Below the pieces are notes generated by a model. That model had not been told where the DNA came from. It worked only from the letters and a program-made list of their open reading frames with translations, and searched no databases. Positions 42,843 through 54,268 of a DNA stretch of 64,000 bases are shown piece by piece. Origin of the DNA: an uncultured delta proteobacterium (lineage in GTDB: Bacteria; Desulfobacterota; WTBG01); the NCBI GenBank assembly GCA_963793865.1, contig CAWCBP010000008.1, forward strand, positions 288,001 through 352,000, in the 5' to 3' direction. Position 1 is the stretch's first letter, and every line of letters starts with the position of its first letter. The translations under genes were made by a program, and so were the position numbers.

Positions 42843-44678
42843 ATGAGCATGAGAAGAATATATGGAATTGTAGCCACAGTACTGTTCGTGAGTGGGGCGC
42901 TGTTGAGTCAGGCCTTTGGGCAGCCATTTGATTTTGGTGACGCGCCGGAAGGCGCGCCTGCCTATCCTTCTTCGGGTGGGATGGGAATGTTTCCTACCTG
43001 CACAATGATTGGACCTGCTGGATGGATCCAGCACACCAATTTCGGTGGCTGGTTCGGACCGGCAGTCGATTTCGAACCTGATGGAAATGCCGGCTTTTGT
43101 CCACCCTCCGGCTTTCCCCCTTATGATCAGGACGAATGCTTTGCCGATGGTGATGCCGGGCTTATCATACCACCCGCATACACCATTGTCGGCGGAGTTG
43201 AGGTTCTTTGCCCTACAGCAACAGCCGGTTCCCTGGGAACAATCTGTCAGGCGGCTATCTGGGGTGGGAATGTTGATATCATTGTGCACAACTGGATGCC
43301 TAATCATCCTCCATATGTTTCTGCGTATGTCAATGTGCTCATGGACTGGGATCAGAATGGTGTGTGGGGCGGTGCTTCGACCTGTCCCCTGGGAAGCGCT
43401 CCGGAGCACATACTGGTTAACTTTGTGGTGCCACCCCAATTCGATGGACCACTCTCGGCTCTCGGGCCGCCGGGCTTCCTCATCGGCCCCAACCCGGGTT
43501 TTGTCTGGACACGATTCACTATCAGTGAAAAAGCTGTGGGTCTGCCCTGGACCGGTGAAGGAATGTTTGAGGATGGAGAATCTGAGGATTACTTACTGCG
43601 CATTGACCCGGCAGCGCAACCTACCATGCTACCTGTCATAACCGAGTGTCCTGTGGTTGCAACCGAATGTCCGGTTGGAGAAACCACCTGCCCGGTGGAA
43701 CAAACCTCTTGTCCTGTTGAACAAACGCACTGTCCGGTGGAACAGACCTTATGCCCGGTGATCAATACCCAATGTCCTGCACAACCGGAACCGACCATAT
43801 GTCCGGAAGCGGCAACCCAGTGTCCTGTGGTAGAGACTGAATGCCCGACACAGGAGACTATATGTCCCCTGGTGCCGACCCATTGTCCTGAGGAGCTGAC
43901 GCTTTGTCCCAAGGATCCGCCGTTCTGTCCCCCCGAGGAATTCACGATTTGGCCGGCAATACCGACCCAGTGTCCTGTGATATTGACAGCGTGTCCCATC
44001 GGTCCGACCTTTTGTCCTGATCCTCCTACTGCGTGTCCAATTACGCCAACCTGGTGTCCTCCGGTGGAGACGCAATGTCCCGTGGAGCCGGTTTTCACGG
44101 TATGTCCGCTCAACGCCACCCAGTGTCCTGTTGAACCGACAAAATGTCCGCCCCAGTACACCAACTGTCCGGAAATTCCCACCGTGTGTCCTATTGGCGC
44201 CGGGGCTACGACATGTCCGGAGATTCCTACCCAATGTCCCGTGGTTCCGACGGTGTGCGCGGCCCAGGTGCCCACGGTCTGTCCGGTGGACCCGACCTAC
44301 TGTCCGCTCAGTGACGCTGACGCTGACGGCGTTCCGGATTGCAGCGACAACTGTCCCACTAAATATAACCCGGGACAGCAAGACAGCTATCCACCGGGCG
44401 GGAACGGGTGCGGTGATGCCTGTGAGTGCGAAGGCAACTTCGATGATGACTATGATCAAGACGGGAGTGATGCGTCAACCTTCAAGGTGGATTTCGGCAG
44501 AAGCAAAATCAGCGGCTACCCTTGTACCAGCGCCCTTCCCTGCAATGGTGACTTTGAGTGCGATACCGATGTGGATGGAAGCAACGCATCAATGTTCAAG
44601 GTGGATTTCGGCAGAAGTAAAATCAGCGGCAACCCCTGTCCCATTTGCCCAACGAACCCGTGGTGCGTGTATCCCTAA
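42843..44678 (+). CDS. Secreted GEVED-like protein with about 30 TxCP repeats, TSP3 and dockerin-like I
   Basis: Signal ...AFG-Q; DFGDAP, DWDQNG.W, TRF, GESEDY; heptad TxCPxxx array; ECEGNFDDDYDQDGSDA tail. Confidence 0.85.
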   Translation: MSMRRIYGIVATVLFVSGALLSQAFGQPFDFGDAPEGAPAYPSSGGMGMFPTCTMIGPAGWIQHTNFGGWFGPAVDFEPDGNAGFCPPSGFPPYDQDECFADGDAGLIIPPAYTIVGGVEVLCPTATAGSLGTICQAAIWGGNVDIIVHNWMPNHPPYVSAYVNVLMDWDQNGVWGGASTCPLGSAPEHILVNFVVPPQFDGPLSALGPPGFLIGPNPGFVWTRFTISEKAVGLPWTGEGMFEDGESEDYLLRIDPAAQPTMLPVITECPVVATECPVGETTCPVEQTSCPVEQTHCPVEQTLCPVINTQCPAQPEPTICPEAATQCPVVETECPTQETICPLVPTHCPEELTLCPKDPPFCPPEEFTIWPAIPTQCPVILTACPIGPTFCPDPPTACPITPTWCPPVETQCPVEPVFTVCPLNATQCPVEPTKCPPQYTNCPEIPTVCPIGAGATTCPEIPTQCPVVPTVCAAQVPTVCPVDPTYCPLSDADADGVPDCSDNCPTKYNPGQQDSYPPGGNGCGDACECEGNFDDDYDQDGSDASTFKVDFGRSKISGYPCTSALPCNGDFECDTDVDGSNASMFKVDFGRSKISGNPCPICPTNPWCVYP

Positions 44679-44721
44679 AGCAGGTGTTTTGCTTTAAGTG
44701 AATCGAATTACTGAGTACCGG

Positions 44722-44762
44722 ACAAGAGATGAGAATCTGATTATTTTCATCTCTTGTTTTTT
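44722..44762 (+). terminator. Intrinsic terminator
   Basis: ACAAGAGATGA...TCATCTCTTGT followed by a T-run. Confidence 0.7.
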
Positions 44763-44965
44763 ATGGCCATGACGGAGCATGGCCCTCCATTTTTATTGGA
44801 TGCTGCGATCAAGTCGCAGGATGACCCGCTTATGTATACATACAAAAAACAGGGGTAAGAAATGAGCTGATTTTTATAAATATTCTTAAATGTTTATTGA
44901 CGATTTACCGAATAGATTCTGCAGGCGCAGATCTTGAATTTCTCTCTCAGAAACATTGATAACAG

Positions 44966-45015
44966 GTAGGAGCGGCTTTAAGCCGCGAATGCATCGCGCC
45001 TGGAGGCGCTCCTAC
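44966..45015. repeat. GTAG REP doublet, family A
   Basis: Near-identical to 23956-24005. Confidence 0.85.
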
Positions 45016-45131
45016 CGACATTTTAAATATCATTGCCTTGTTCTGACAGCAAACAAATGGCGCCAGTCATCCTGCGACCTGATCGCAGGATCCAATCAAA
45101 TCTGTATGTGTCAAAGCACGGGAACCTGCGC

Positions 45132-47176
45132 ATGAACATTACCGGTTCGCTTTTAAAATTCTGTTTAACCTTCACAATTGCATTTCTCATATCCTGTGCC
45201 GGTGCCTCCGCATTCGCGGGGAGCATGTGTGTTGAACTGACGGAGTCAAACAGGCTGCCTGACGGTCAAGAGTACGCCGCCGTTACCTTAAGCTACATTT
45301 ATAATGGCGACAAGAGAGGGGTGAGAATGACCGTAAAGGAGAACGAGGACATTCTTTTACCCCGAAAATATTTTGGCATCCGGAGGTTCGGTTTCAACAC
45401 CACCCTGGCTAATCCGGCAAAAAACCTGAAGATTAAAGTTCCCCGCGAATGGACCCGAAGGTTTAAGCGCTTCAGTTATGGCACATTCGGCCAGTTTGAA
45501 GTGAACGTCAGCAGGCGGGTTCCTTCCCTGGGGAAGATCTATAAACGGGTAACCCCGCTTATCATGGATATTTACTACCGCAGTGGAGATTTATCCTATA
45601 ACGATTTCATAGTGGAAAATAAAAAAGGGTACAATTTCGCCGCACTGATTGCAAACTATACGTACGATGACAAATACAACCCGGGTGCCTGTTTTGCCAC
45701 AGAAGAAAAGCCCTATGCCTGTGAAAAACCGTCCACCACAACGACCATCATTAAGCCTTATACAACCACAACAACCGGACCGGGAAGCACCACAACAGCC
45801 AAGCCTTCTTCAACCACGACATCCAAACCGGTCAGTACATCCACCGTAAAGCCATCCTCGACCACCACATCAAAACCGTTGAGCACCACCACTGTTAAAC
45901 CAACGACGACGAGCACGGTTCCGGCCACCACAACATCCGTCCTGACGACGACCAGCTCGCTTCCGACGAGCACGGTTCCGGTTACAACCTCCTCGATGCC
46001 GTCGACCACCAGTTCCCAGCCGGTGATCACTACCATCAGTGCCGATCAACAACCACTTCACAGCCCTCAACCACCAGCACGCAGTTGACCACCACCACCT
46101 CGGTGCCCTCTATCTGCACGGGGGAGATTTACGAGGGCGGCACCTGTGACCTGGGGCTGCCCATTGACGACCCGGCCTATAACCGCCCGGGCAGGAGGGG
46201 GCTCGCGCTTACCTGCGAGGACATTGTGGACTTCTGCGTCTGCACCGACTGCGTGAATCTTGATCCGGCATGCTTGGCCTGGGCGATAGATCCCGCGGAG
46301 CCGTATTTGAGCATCGTCGCCAACCCCAACGGGAGCGCGCGGCTGACGGTGGGAGAATCCTGCGACCAGCTTGAGGAGATCAGGGAGTACACGGTGACGG
46401 TGACCGATACTTGTAATGGCTGGTCGGACAGCGTGGTGCTTGAGCTGGGCAAGGTGACCATCGACGTTCAGGATGTCAGCGTGAAGAAGGGGAGTGGATC
46501 CTTTAAGGTGCCGGTGAGTCTTGTCAATCGTTACAACGCGGTTCGGGCGATGAGCGTTGATATCTGCGAATGTGACGGGGGTAGTGACGGAATAGTGTGC
46601 GACAGCTGCAGCATCGATCCCGCGCGCGCGCTTGAGTTCAACTGCTCGGCGCATGAAACAGCCGACGGCTGCTGCAGGGTGGTGCTGTATTCCACCAATC
46701 CCGCCGCCTTTATTTTGCGAGGGGCAGGGACAGTGTTAAACGTAGTCTATGAAGCCGAGGAGGCTTTTGAGGGCTGCAGCTGTCTGAGGCCGGTAAACAG
46801 GCAGGTCTCGGACCAGTTTAATGAGGAACTCTGTGCCTGCCAGTCACCGGGGGATGTTTGTTTCAAATCCTGCGGAGACATCTACCCCCAGGACTGTCTC
46901 GGTCCCGACTGCACACCCTGCGGAGATAACGTGGTTAATCTTTTGGATATACTGGAGGCAGTTGATATCGTTCTGGGCTATCAAACTCCGACTGCCTGCC
47001 AGCTTGATCACGGCGATGTGCCTAACGGCAAGCCGCCTTATTGCGGAAACCCCGCGGGTACCCTCAACTGTGCTTCGGACGGGGACATTGACGTGCTCGA
47101 TCTCCTGGTCATTATTGACATGGCGCAGGGCAGGGCCAACTGCTGCGATTTTTGTCTGTTTAAGAAGATTTTTTAG
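45132..47176 (+). CDS. Secreted protein: basic beta-rich N-domain, Thr linker, Ig-like, cohesin-like B, dockerin-like II (frameshift near 46040)
   Basis: Signal ...AFA; NRLPDG...FGIRRFGFNT; ORFs 45033 and 46085 join inside the Thr linker. Confidence 0.82.
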
Positions 47177-47775
47177 CGAGGGTAGGGTTGAGATAATTTT
47201 TTGTCATCCTGCGACTTGATCGCAGGATCCAATAAAAAAAACTGGATTCTGCGGTCGAGCCGCAGAATGACCCGGTAGGAGCGGCTTCAGCCGCGAAGGA
47301 CATACCTGTCTTGAATGGACGCGCTCAGTCGCGTCCTCTTATTTTATGCGGCCACGACGAAGCGTGGCCCTCCATTGATCCACATTATTATTCTCTCGGC
47401 CTTTTTAACCTGCGGTAGGAGCGGCTTCAGCCGCGAAGTATGTTGCCTGGCCTGTCACACCGAATGAGCCTCACCCTTATCCTCCTCCCTCCTTCAGCCT
47501 ACTCCTTCTGCCTCCTCCTTCAGCCTCCCCTGCCTGTCATTTCGAAGGAGCTTTGGCGACTGAGAAATCTTAAAAATGCCCGAGGCAGGCCTGCTACTAG
47601 GTTTTTGACCGGCAACTACTTATTTTGCATGATGATTTTTTTGAGTCGCTGACATAATTTAGCTTGACTAAATTTTTTATGAAATATAGTATTAATCGAT
47701 TTTTTTAAAATATACTTTTAAATCCGACAGGTCATTTTAAAACCGAAACATTAATTGAGAAAGAGGAGGGTGGTT

Positions 47776-49478
47776 ATGCTGAAGAAACTATCAATTTTAT
47801 GTGCAGTCATGTTTGCTTTTGGGCTGATGGCAGGCTCTGTTTATGCCCAGAGCTACTGCCAGGATGTTTTGGAGGCAGGGAATCCCGGCGGCATTACAAC
47901 CGGTCTTAAGACATGTGATACAGTTAATCCGGTAACGCTTAATCCAGGTGATACATTTTCCATTGACATCTGGGCAGCCGATATACCTGAGTCAATTATC
48001 TCCAGTGGATTTGAGATGCTTTACAATCCGGCCCAGGTAAGTCTCGTAAGCGTTCAGGCTTATGATGGTGTTGACATAGCCGGTCCTTGGGATGGAACAG
48101 CTACCCTTAAGATACCTGATGCTTATGGACCCGGTTCCTATGTACTGGCATTGGTACAGTTAGGTACCTGCCCGGTACCTGATGCCGGTGGTGACGTTAT
48201 CATAGCCAAGGTAACCTTCCAGTGCCTCGCAAATGGTAGCGGTGACATTTCTGTCAAAGGAATAACCGATTTTGATACAACGGTAGGGTGCACCAGCGGT
48301 ATAGTATACGATGCTACAATGGGCACCAATACACTTAATGTCACCATAGAAGCAGAAGGGTGTACTGTTGATGCAGAATGTGAAGACACACTATATTGCA
48401 ATGGCGCTGAAACATGCAATACCGTTACCGGACTCTGTGAGCCCGGCACGCCACCAAGCTGTGATGATGGGGTAGCTTGTACTACTGATGCATGCACTGA
48501 GGGTATAGACGAATACATCTGTACCCACACACCCATTAGATACAGTGTGTGACGATGGTCTCTACTGTAACGGAATCGAGACCTGTGATGTAGCGGCTGG
48601 TTGCCTGCCCGGCACACCGGTTTTCTGTCAGGATGATGGCCTTTTCTGCAACGGTGAAGAAATTTGCGATGATGTGCAGGACATTGTGTCATCCTGGAAA
48701 TCCCTGTTCTTCAGCCGGAGCCTGTGATGAGGAAACCAATACATGCATTTGCATATTATCAATAGATCCACCTTCAGCTAACGTGCAATTCCAGGGTACA
48801 ATTCAGTTCAATGCTGTTGCCAGCGAAGAGTGTGCTGCACCCAGCTATACGTGGGAAATTTCTGCAGGACGGTTGTACGGGAGAAACAACGGGAAGTGCT
48901 ATTGGCGGTGCCATCAATGCTAATGGTCTTTACACAGCAGGTGATACCGAAGGTACAGACCTTATCAGAGTAATCGATGTGAATAATGATAATATCTGTG
49001 CCACCGCTGAAGTGAATGTTTCCGCAAGCACAACCACAACAACCTCCGTCAGGCCGACGACAACAACCTCAACACCTACCACGACCACAACCGTTGAGCC
49101 GACGACCACGACTACCACAATCGGGCCGACGACCACGACCACCTCTATCCCCGGGGTAGTGCCAGCATCGACCTGAGGCCGGATTCAGTGTTCCAGTCGA
49201 GATGGTTCTTCTTGCCGCGGTTTTTAAGAATTGAGGGAACTAATACCAATTTTGTGCGCCGTCAAACAGCGGTGGCCTTCCAGCCAGCCAACGCAATATT
49301 GAAGTTTCGTCCTGTTGTGTTGGATAGTGATACTATCGTGATGTTGGTCATCATTATGCCAAGGTGGCTGACCGGGGAGGTTGACAGTGTTGAGGTGACG
49401 GCAATCACGGGGTCCGAATCGGCATCCGGTGAACTGGGTATTGAGTTACTCCCCTTCTTCCTGGAAGAAAAGCAGTGA
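47776..49478 (+). CDS. Secreted protein: cohesin-like A, Cys repeats, Ig-like, Thr linker, C-terminal 'SRW' domain (about 4 frameshifts)
   Basis: GAGGAGG then MLKKL signal; pieces 47755, 48545, 48633, 48811 and 49188 are colinear; tail is paralogous to the tail of 50985. Confidence 0.75.
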
Positions 49479-49546
49479 GGAATGGAGTGCGGAAGAAGTC
49501 ACCGGTAAAACCCGTGATTTTATAAATTTGTAAATAAAACAAAACG

Positions 49547-49590
49547 ATAACCACGAAGATGTTAAAAAAAGCATCTTCGTGGTTATTTGT
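49547..49590 (+). terminator. Intrinsic terminator-like hairpin
   Basis: ATAACCACGAAGATG/CATCTTCGTGGTTAT, a 15-bp stem. Confidence 0.7.
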
Positions 49591-49685
49591 TAGATATAAT
49601 TAAAGTACAAAGCGTTTAAATACGATATATAATTGAAAAAAAGCCGCTCTAAACCATTTTTAAACCTGTTTCAAGGAGGAGGTAC

Positions 49686-50804
49686 ATGAAAAGAAACAAA
49701 ACGCTGCTATGCCTGTTAATCATGACATTTTTTATGGGTAGCTTCCTGTTGGTCCCGTATCTGAATGCGGAGGAGCCCAAGATCAATGTTACCATAACCC
49801 CAAAGTCAGAAGCAAAAACACCGAAGGCAGAAACTCCTAAAGCTGTAAGCACAAAGGGCAAAACATCAGGAGAGAATCAGCCCGTCATATCTATCGATGC
49901 GAGGCTATATGACGCCGGAGAAGTATGGGAAGGGGATATGGTAACACACAGCTTTATTGTTAAAAATACGGGAAAAGGTGAGCTGAACATTGCCAATGTC
50001 AAGCCCGGGTGAGGCTGCACCGTAGCCGATTTTGACAAGGCTATCGCCCCCGGTCGGGAAGGCAAAATAACATTAAAGCTCAATACAAGCAGAAGGCAGG
50101 GCAAGCTCACAAAAACAGCTGTGGTCACCTCAAATGATCCGAACACGCCAAGTACCAGCGTAACGCTGGCCTGTTTCATAAAAGAACATATCAGCATTAA
50201 ACCCAACAACCGGTTTAACCTTACGGGGTATGAAGGCGACGAGTTGAGTCAAAAACTGACCATTACCGCGACAGAAGGCCAGGAGTTTGACATAAAGGAA
50301 GTAAAGACAGATCTGACGGATAAGATCAAATATAAGCTGGAAACTGTCCAAAAGGGGAAAGAATACACTCTGGAAGTTACGAGCCTTACCCGGAAAGAAA
50401 GTTTCGTTCGTGGGCAGATAGAGATCAGTACCACCAGCCAGAAGAAACCCCTCATAGTCCTACCGGTCTTTGTTAAGATCCAAAGCGAAGTCGAGGTGAA
50501 GCCAGCTTCCCTCTACTTCGGCAAAATCGATACAGCCGGCGGGCCGGTCAATCCTGAGATCCTTACCAAGTCCGTGGTGATTAAAATGGCCCGGGGGAAG
50601 GAGCTGGGCATCAAGAAGGTCAGTGGAAGCAGCAACTGGATTAAAACAGAGACGAAAACGGATGAAAAGGGCGTCCAGTATACTGTGGCTATTACTCTCA
50701 ACAAGGATAAAATGCCCAGGGGGAAATTTGACGAAAAAGTTGAAATAAAGACCAACAAGAAGGACGAGCCGTTAATAGTAAGCATTAAAGGTGAAGTCAT
50801 GTAG
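49686..50804 (+). CDS. Exported DUF1573-like Ig-domain protein, probable selenoprotein (UGA 50010-50012; 372 aa)
   Basis: ORFs 49686-50012 and 50121-50804 are in one frame; readthrough gives NVKPG-U-GCTVADFDKAIAPGREGKI, matching the family CGCT motif. Confidence 0.88.
50022..50044 (+). promoter_or_regulatory. Putative bacterial SECIS hairpin
   Basis: GTAGCC-GATTTTGACAA-GGCTAT begins 9 nt after the UGA; conserved in the paralogue. Confidence 0.7.
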
Positions 50805-50984
50805 GCTGGGAAGCAAAAACATATCAAAGATTTCTCGCTTCGCTTCGAAATGACAGAATAAAGAGCTCAGCATGACCCCGGTAGGAGCGGCATCAGCCGC
50901 GAATAATATTCACTGCTTGTCATTTCGAAGGAACGTGCGTGACTGAGAAATCTTTCATTTGCGAATTTTAAAAAAGGAGCATTA

Positions 50985-52154
50985 ATGATCAGCAGAAAAA
51001 CCAGAATGCCGTTAATGAGTTTGTTTGCAGCTTTGAGCCTTGCAACCCTGTTCCTTGCATCAACCGTGTGCGCGCAAGTGACGCTGACCGTTGGAAAGGG
51101 TTCCGCGCTGCCGGGGGCAACTGAAAGCGCTGTGCCGGTGAGCCTGGACAACCCCGGTAATAATATAGCCAGCGGGATGGAAATGACTATCTGTGATGCC
51201 AATAATTTTCTTGAATGTACCGGGTGTGAAACAACGGAGCGCACCACAGAATTTTCCTGTTTATTCAATGAATTAGGGGATGAACCGGATCCGCTAAAAG
51301 CCGGTTGCTGTAAGGTGGTACTCTTCAGCGTAAGCAGCGCAGACATTGAAACAGGTACCGGCCCCATATTCACTCTTTTGAATACCGTCAATAGCAGCGC
51401 GAGCGGTCAGACGTGCAAAGAATTGAGGATACTGGATGACGTGAAGATCGCAGATGCTTCCGGCCCGCAGATAATCCCGGAGCTGCAGCCAGGCGGGTTC
51501 TGCTTCCCCTGCAGCTCTGACGCAGATTGCGATGACGGGTTATATTGTACCGGTGAGGAAAGTTGTACAGGCGATGCCTGTGTGCCTGGTACGAATCCCT
51601 GCGCGGAAGGAACCGCTTGTGTCGAAGGCGCTGATGATTATGAGTGTGTTACGCCATCGACCACCACCACCGCAGGGCCATCGAGCACTACGACAACGGG
51701 GCCATCCACCACTACCACCACCACAGATTCAACGACCACTACCACCGGGCCATCCACCACAACCACGACGGTCTCCGGCGACGCGAGCATAGAGGTGATT
51801 TCGGATAATATTTGGAAATCCCGCTGGGTGGCGTTGCCGAAACTGCTGGTCATCGAAGGAAGCGGAACCAGCTTTCAGCCCTTTAAGACAACCGTTGCCT
51901 ATGATCCGCGGGATGCGGTGCTTAAACTGTTTCCCATAGTGCTGGGTGATAATTATATCTGGAACCTGATTCTGGTTATGCCCGGCTGGTTTGCGGGAAC
52001 AGGGGACCAGGAGGTGACGGTTACGGTCACCACGGGAGATGAAATCGTCAGCGATGATTTTCTGATACAGGAGCTTCCCTTTAAGCTTGATCGGAAGATA
52101 AAGCCCGTTAAAAGAAGGTTAATTCCCCCTCGAACCCCAGTCCGGGTCAGCTAG
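50985..52154 (+). CDS. Secreted protein: cohesin-like B, Cys repeat, Thr linker, C-terminal 'SRW' domain
   Basis: Signal ...VCA-QVTLTVGKGS; MEMTICD..N.L.C..C.TT.RT..FSC..NEL; tail KSRWVALPKLLVIEG...QELPF. Confidence 0.85.
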   Translation: MISRKTRMPLMSLFAALSLATLFLASTVCAQVTLTVGKGSALPGATESAVPVSLDNPGNNIASGMEMTICDANNFLECTGCETTERTTEFSCLFNELGDEPDPLKAGCCKVVLFSVSSADIETGTGPIFTLLNTVNSSASGQTCKELRILDDVKIADASGPQIIPELQPGGFCFPCSSDADCDDGLYCTGEESCTGDACVPGTNPCAEGTACVEGADDYECVTPSTTTTAGPSSTTTTGPSTTTTTTDSTTTTTGPSTTTTTVSGDASIEVISDNIWKSRWVALPKLLVIEGSGTSFQPFKTTVAYDPRDAVLKLFPIVLGDNYIWNLILVMPGWFAGTGDQEVTVTVTTGDEIVSDDFLIQELPFKLDRKIKPVKRRLIPPRTPVRVS

Positions 52155-52180
52155 AGCGCGAGTTGATGACCCCATGTATG

Positions 52181-52216
52181 TTTCCCTCAGGGAATTTATC
52201 CTGAGGGAAATTTTTT
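52181..52216 (+). terminator. Intrinsic terminator
   Basis: TTTCCCTCAGG/CCTGAGGGAAA followed by T6. Confidence 0.7.
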
Positions 52217-52315
52217 AAGATTTCTCAGTCGCGCTTCGCGCTCTTTCGAAATGACAGGTTAGGCCGCTCCTTTAAAAGATTTGACAAACAACTAGTGCTG
52301 CTTTAAAGATAAACC

Positions 52316-54227
52316 ATGCGTTCAGGAGATGACCATACCAAGGCACAAGGCTCCCGGAAAGTGGTTGGCCGGGGGCAGGATTGCCTGCAAAAAAGCGGTT
52401 CCGCGGGGGGAAGGAAAACGGCGGGCGGCAGGTGGTTATGGCTTTTCCTGGTGATCCTTGCCGTTGTGATGCTCAGTTATTCCAACAGTTTAGAGAATCA
52501 GTACATCTTTGATGATTTTCATCTGATACTTTCGAACCCTCAGGTGACCAGCATCGAGAACACCGCACGCGACCTGCTCTCGGGGAAGCTCCCGGCATAC
52601 TATAGGCCGCTTAGAACCATTTCCTATGCTCTGGATTACACTCTCAATAAAAAGTTCTGGTACCGGTTTGCAAGCCATCAATGGACTGACAGGGGGCTTA
52701 TTCCCCTGGGATACCACGTCTCCAATATTTTCTATCATATCCTAACTGCATTGCTCGTATACCTGGTAATTTATAAGTTATCCTTGAATGCCAGGGTCGC
52801 TTTTATAGGCGCAAGCCTCTTTGCCCTCCATCCGGTACACACTGAAAGCGTAGCCTACCTTTCGGGGAGAAGGGATATCCTTTCTACTCTTTTTTACCTC
52901 GCTGGTTTTTATTGCTTCCTCTGTTACAGGCAGGGAAAGCAAATACGCTTCATAGTCGCCGCCTTTCTTATGTATATGCTGAGCTTGGGGAGTAAGGAGA
53001 TGGGGGTTACCCTTCCCGGTCTCTTTCTCGCATATGACCTGGTAAAAAATTTTAATCACAATGAGAGCAGCATGGGCCCCGGCTATTGGAAGGCTCTCTT
53101 TTCAAGCGCGAAGAAAAGTTTTCAGCAGTCTTATTTACTGTATCCGGTTGCTTTCCTGGGGGCTTTAGCCTGCAGCTGCTATGCAGTGTTCATTAAATCA
53201 GCTTCCCGTCAGGATGCGTATTACGGAGATAGCGCGTTTACCACTTTTCTCACAGTTGGAAGAATACTGGTGCATTATATAAAACTCCTTGTCTACCCCA
53301 TCAGGCTCAATGCCGATTACAGCTACAATGCTTTCCCTCTTTCGGTCTCCTTATATGAACCATCAACCTTCCTGTCTGTCCTACTGTTACTGCTGATGGG
53401 GTATCTGACCCTCAAGCTGCTGGTTAATCATAAAATGGCTGCTTTCGGGATTGCCTGGTTTTTTATAACCTTGCTGCCGGTATGTCACATCATTCCCCAC
53501 CATGAGATGATGGCTGAGCACTATCTTTATTTGCCTTCGGTTGGTCTCTGCCTGGTCGCGGCACTGGCCGGTAAGCGCTCCCTGGCGACGGGGAGGTCAC
53601 AACCTTGTTGCTCACAGGCTGTTTTCTCGCCGTAGTTGTGCTCTTTTCATTCCGGATATGGGATAGAAACAGGGATTGGAGCGACAGCCTTACCCTTTAT
53701 GAAAAGACGGTTAAAACAGCGCCTCAGTGCGCCCGCGCGCACAATAATCTCGGCAATGCACTAACTCGTGCGGGAAGAATTGAGGAAGCTGTTTCTGCCT
53801 TTAAACAGGCGCTCGCTATTAAGCCGGATTTTGCAGATGCCCGCAATAATCTCGGGATTGTCTATGCCAGAAGCGGTGATGTGGACGCAGCCATCACCGA
53901 ATATAAGAGAGTGCTGGCCCTTACCCCTAAACATACCAAGGCGATAGCATATAACAATCTTGCCTGGATTTATGCTACATCCATAAACGAGGCACAACGT
54001 GACGGCCGGAGGCAGTTGCATTAGCAATCAAAGCATGTGAGCTAACAGGATTTAAAAATGCCAGCTTTCTGGATACACTGGCCGCTGCGTGTGCTGAGGC
54101 GGGTTATTTCAAGAGTGCCGTGTTCTATCAGAAAAAGGCTCTGGCCATGAGTCAGGAAAAAGAACAAGCAGCTCTCCATGTCCGTCTGCGCCAGTATGAG
54201 TCCGGCCAGGCTTACCGATCCTACTAG
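52316..54227 (+). CDS. TMTC-like (DUF1736 + TPR) protein O-glycosyltransferase (frameshifts near 53590 and 54010)
   Basis: YIFDD, YRP, LHPVHTESV..LSGRRDIL, SKE, AEHYLYLPS; then RNRDW and TPRs, ending YESGQAYRSY*. Confidence 0.82.
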
Positions 54228-54268
54228 GGCACTCATCTCTAACTGTCCCATCGTTTACTTTAGTGTGA

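Noticed and set aside
46086..46088. Selenocysteine readthrough at other TGA stops (10426, 20538, 24347, 32823, 46086)
   Set aside because: These stops are reached only after the sequence has already drifted out of the homologous frame, and none aligns to a conserved Cys; they are frameshift artefacts.
5770..54030. Programmed ribosomal frameshifting or phase variation as the cause of split genes
   Set aside because: No shared slippery or SSR motif, several breaks per gene, and intact paralogues; sequencing indels are more parsimonious.
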